Below are positions 61,939 through 64,000 of a stretch of DNA of 64,000 nucleotides, in pieces. This stretch comes from Mustelus asterias (lineage: Eukaryota), in NCBI RefSeq assembly GCF_964213995.1, contig NW_027590802.1, forward strand, positions 1 to 64,000, read 5' to 3'. The notes beneath the pieces were generated by a model. That model was given only the letters and a program-made list of their open reading frames with translations. It did no database searches and was not told where the DNA came from. How positions within the stretch are numbered: the first letter of the stretch is position 1; every line of letters begins with the position of its first letter. A program made the position numbers and the translations under genes.

Positions 61939-61977
61939 CACAATGGAAGCAACCTGAACAGATATCTGTGCAAAATT
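61939..61977 (+). promoter_or_regulatory. Candidate RSS, 23-bp spacer
   Basis: CACAATG + 23 nt + TGCAAAATT (weak nonamer). Confidence 0.55.
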
Positions 61978-62759
61978 ACAATATAAATTGTCTGGAAATG
62001 GAGAGTGAAGTGCCGTCTTAATGTTATTATCGTTTTAATCAGCTTTAATTTAATTGTAATTTTCACAATTCAGTTATAATTGCTGGAATATAATGATAAA
62101 TATCTGTTTTTTAACCAGTAATCCGTTTATGTCGTTCATTGGAAGGGAACACCCGCAATCACTGTTACCATAAAGACATTGGTTACAGAGACTCCATTGA
62201 GATTCCCCTAAGATGTTAGCAACCAGTGAACCAACACTGAACTCATGCTGGAATGTTAATACCAGTTACTGAACAATCCACTGAACTAGTGAAAGAATCA
62301 ACTGTCCCTTTAAATCGCCTTGATCAACATTTCAAACAGTGCACCCCACCCGAAACCTGCTCGCCCTCTCCCCCCGCCCCCCACCGCCCCAACCACCCCC
62401 CCCTCCCCCCCCCCCCCCCACTCCCACCCCGCCTAGTCCCTCTCGCTATCTTATAGATCTTTTATCCATGAGGCCTTGAATCCCTTCAACTGTACCATCC
62501 AACAATTCCAGTTAATCTTCTTGCTGCATTCTTCCTAAAGCTTTGTTTCACTGTCCTGTTTCGACGACAAATATTTATCCGCCATACGATTCTGCTCCAG
62601 GATTAAATTATCTCAAACCAATTAAACAACGGGAGCTATTGAAGCATTTGATCGAGTCAAAGCTTTCTTAAGGTGTTGAATATCATCCGAATTCCGATGT
62701 TACAGTCAGATCATATTTGTTCTGACCACGGTCTGAAATGTCTTTTTAAAAATCTTAAA

Positions 62760-62878
62760 AATCCACTGCGGAAACTGGAAGTCTGAAATAAAGACTGAAA
62801 ATGCTGGGCTGTACCAGTCGTACTGACAGCATCTGTGGAGAGAGAAACAGAGTTAATATTTCGAGTCCTGTGGACTGA
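62760..62878 (-). mobile_element. Penelope-like terminal fragment
   Basis: ctggaagtctgaaataaagactgaaaatgctgg...agcatctgtggagagagaaacagagttaatatttcgagtcc. Confidence 0.6.
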
Positions 62879-64000
62879 TGGCTGCAACGGATACAATGAC
62901 CGATTGGCTGAAAAGCCTCTTTCCGTGCTGCAAAATCCTGTGCCTTTTATGAATCTATTTCGGAACTGCCCACCAGTTTATATTATGGAGGCCATTGTCT
63001 CTGTGTACATTAGAATCGATCTTGTCTTTGTTACAATTCTTACAGAACCTCTCTGTTTATATTACCAAAAAAAAACACACTCTTAATACGCTTGACCCTC
63101 TTTCAGTGTCTACTGAACTGGACCCAGTCTTCCTTCATATCAGTGCAGGTGATGTGTCAATAATTGGTGTACTAGGCCTTTTCTTTGTATTATTAAAACT
63201 GATCATGTTAGGTGGATTAGCCATGCTAAATTGCCCCTTACTGTCGAAAGATGTGTAGGTTATATGGATTCGCTATTTTAAATGCGCGTGGTTTAAGGGA
63301 TATGACAAAGACGAGGGCCGAGATGGAATGCAGAAGCGTTGGGCCAGATGGTCTCTTTCTGCACTGTAGAGTTATATGGTTCTATGTCCATGAAATATTT
63401 CATCATTTCCTGCGTCAGATATTTGAGCGCTTTCTTATTTTTCAATAACCCTCAATGGAGAAAATGACCTTTGCTTTAGCAATTTCCATTCAGTTGTCCC
63501 AGTGATAGCCTTCAATCCATTTCTGCCTTCTGTGAGTGTACAAAAACTCCAATCACTCCATGCATTTGAATTAAAGATTATTTAAAAATGTAATTATTTA
63601 TTGATAACCGTTCTGTTGTGCGTTGTTGCTTTTGGAGTGATTTCAGATAGTCTATTTCGTTCCCAGCATCGACTCTCATGTCTTTCGAGCTCAGTTGGAA
63701 AATTGATTTAATCACGTCGTGAATGAGGAGCGGATTACTGACAAATGATTAACTCAACCTCTCACAGAAAGTCCTCACACAAAATTCGAATGCGCAAATG
63801 ATGGCACAAACGATCCTGGGCTGTACTTGACAGGAGATAAAGACTCTCGGAATTCTCAGACTTCTTATTGCTGAGAATGGAAACCTTTGCTTCTCGCCAG
63901 AGAATGTGCAATATTTCTGTTTCTACAAATTTGAACGTTACCTTTCCAAATCACACAGTAATCGCCCGAAATATTTTAGACTGATTGAACTCCCTGCAGA

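Overview
Vertebrate genomic DNA, almost certainly from a cartilaginous fish (shark). This call rests on HE1/V-SINE-type SINEs, shark-type CR1 LINE tails, GPR139-like genes and TCR V segments. The window has four parts. (1) Bases 1-14.8 kb are strand-asymmetric G/purine-rich satellite DNA, including an 11-kb GAGTGCGGGTGGGGGG array with 2.0-2.5 kb higher-order repeats; all ORFs called there are artefacts. (2) A truncated LTR retroelement and many nested CR1/Rex1/SINE/Penelope fragments follow. (3) Two apparently intact two-exon GPR139/GPR142-like orphan GPCR genes lie on opposite strands; the ORF track splits one and misses the first exon of the other. (4) Between and beside them lie a field of mostly degenerate tRNA genes (Val, Arg, Gln, Glu, Asn, Ile) and four antigen-receptor V elements with 23-bp-spacer recombination signals. 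Three are TCR alpha/delta-like V genes (one in frame but Trp41->Arg, two broken). The fourth is a 3' fragment resembling a NAR-TCR V with an unusually long germline CDR3. Further points of interest are CTCF-like sites at V and GPCR promoters, a minimal hammerhead ribozyme, palindromic tRNA-Gln cassettes, and a CR1 inserted antisense into another CR1 at its own homologous position. All family assignments are by-eye recognition; no database search was run.
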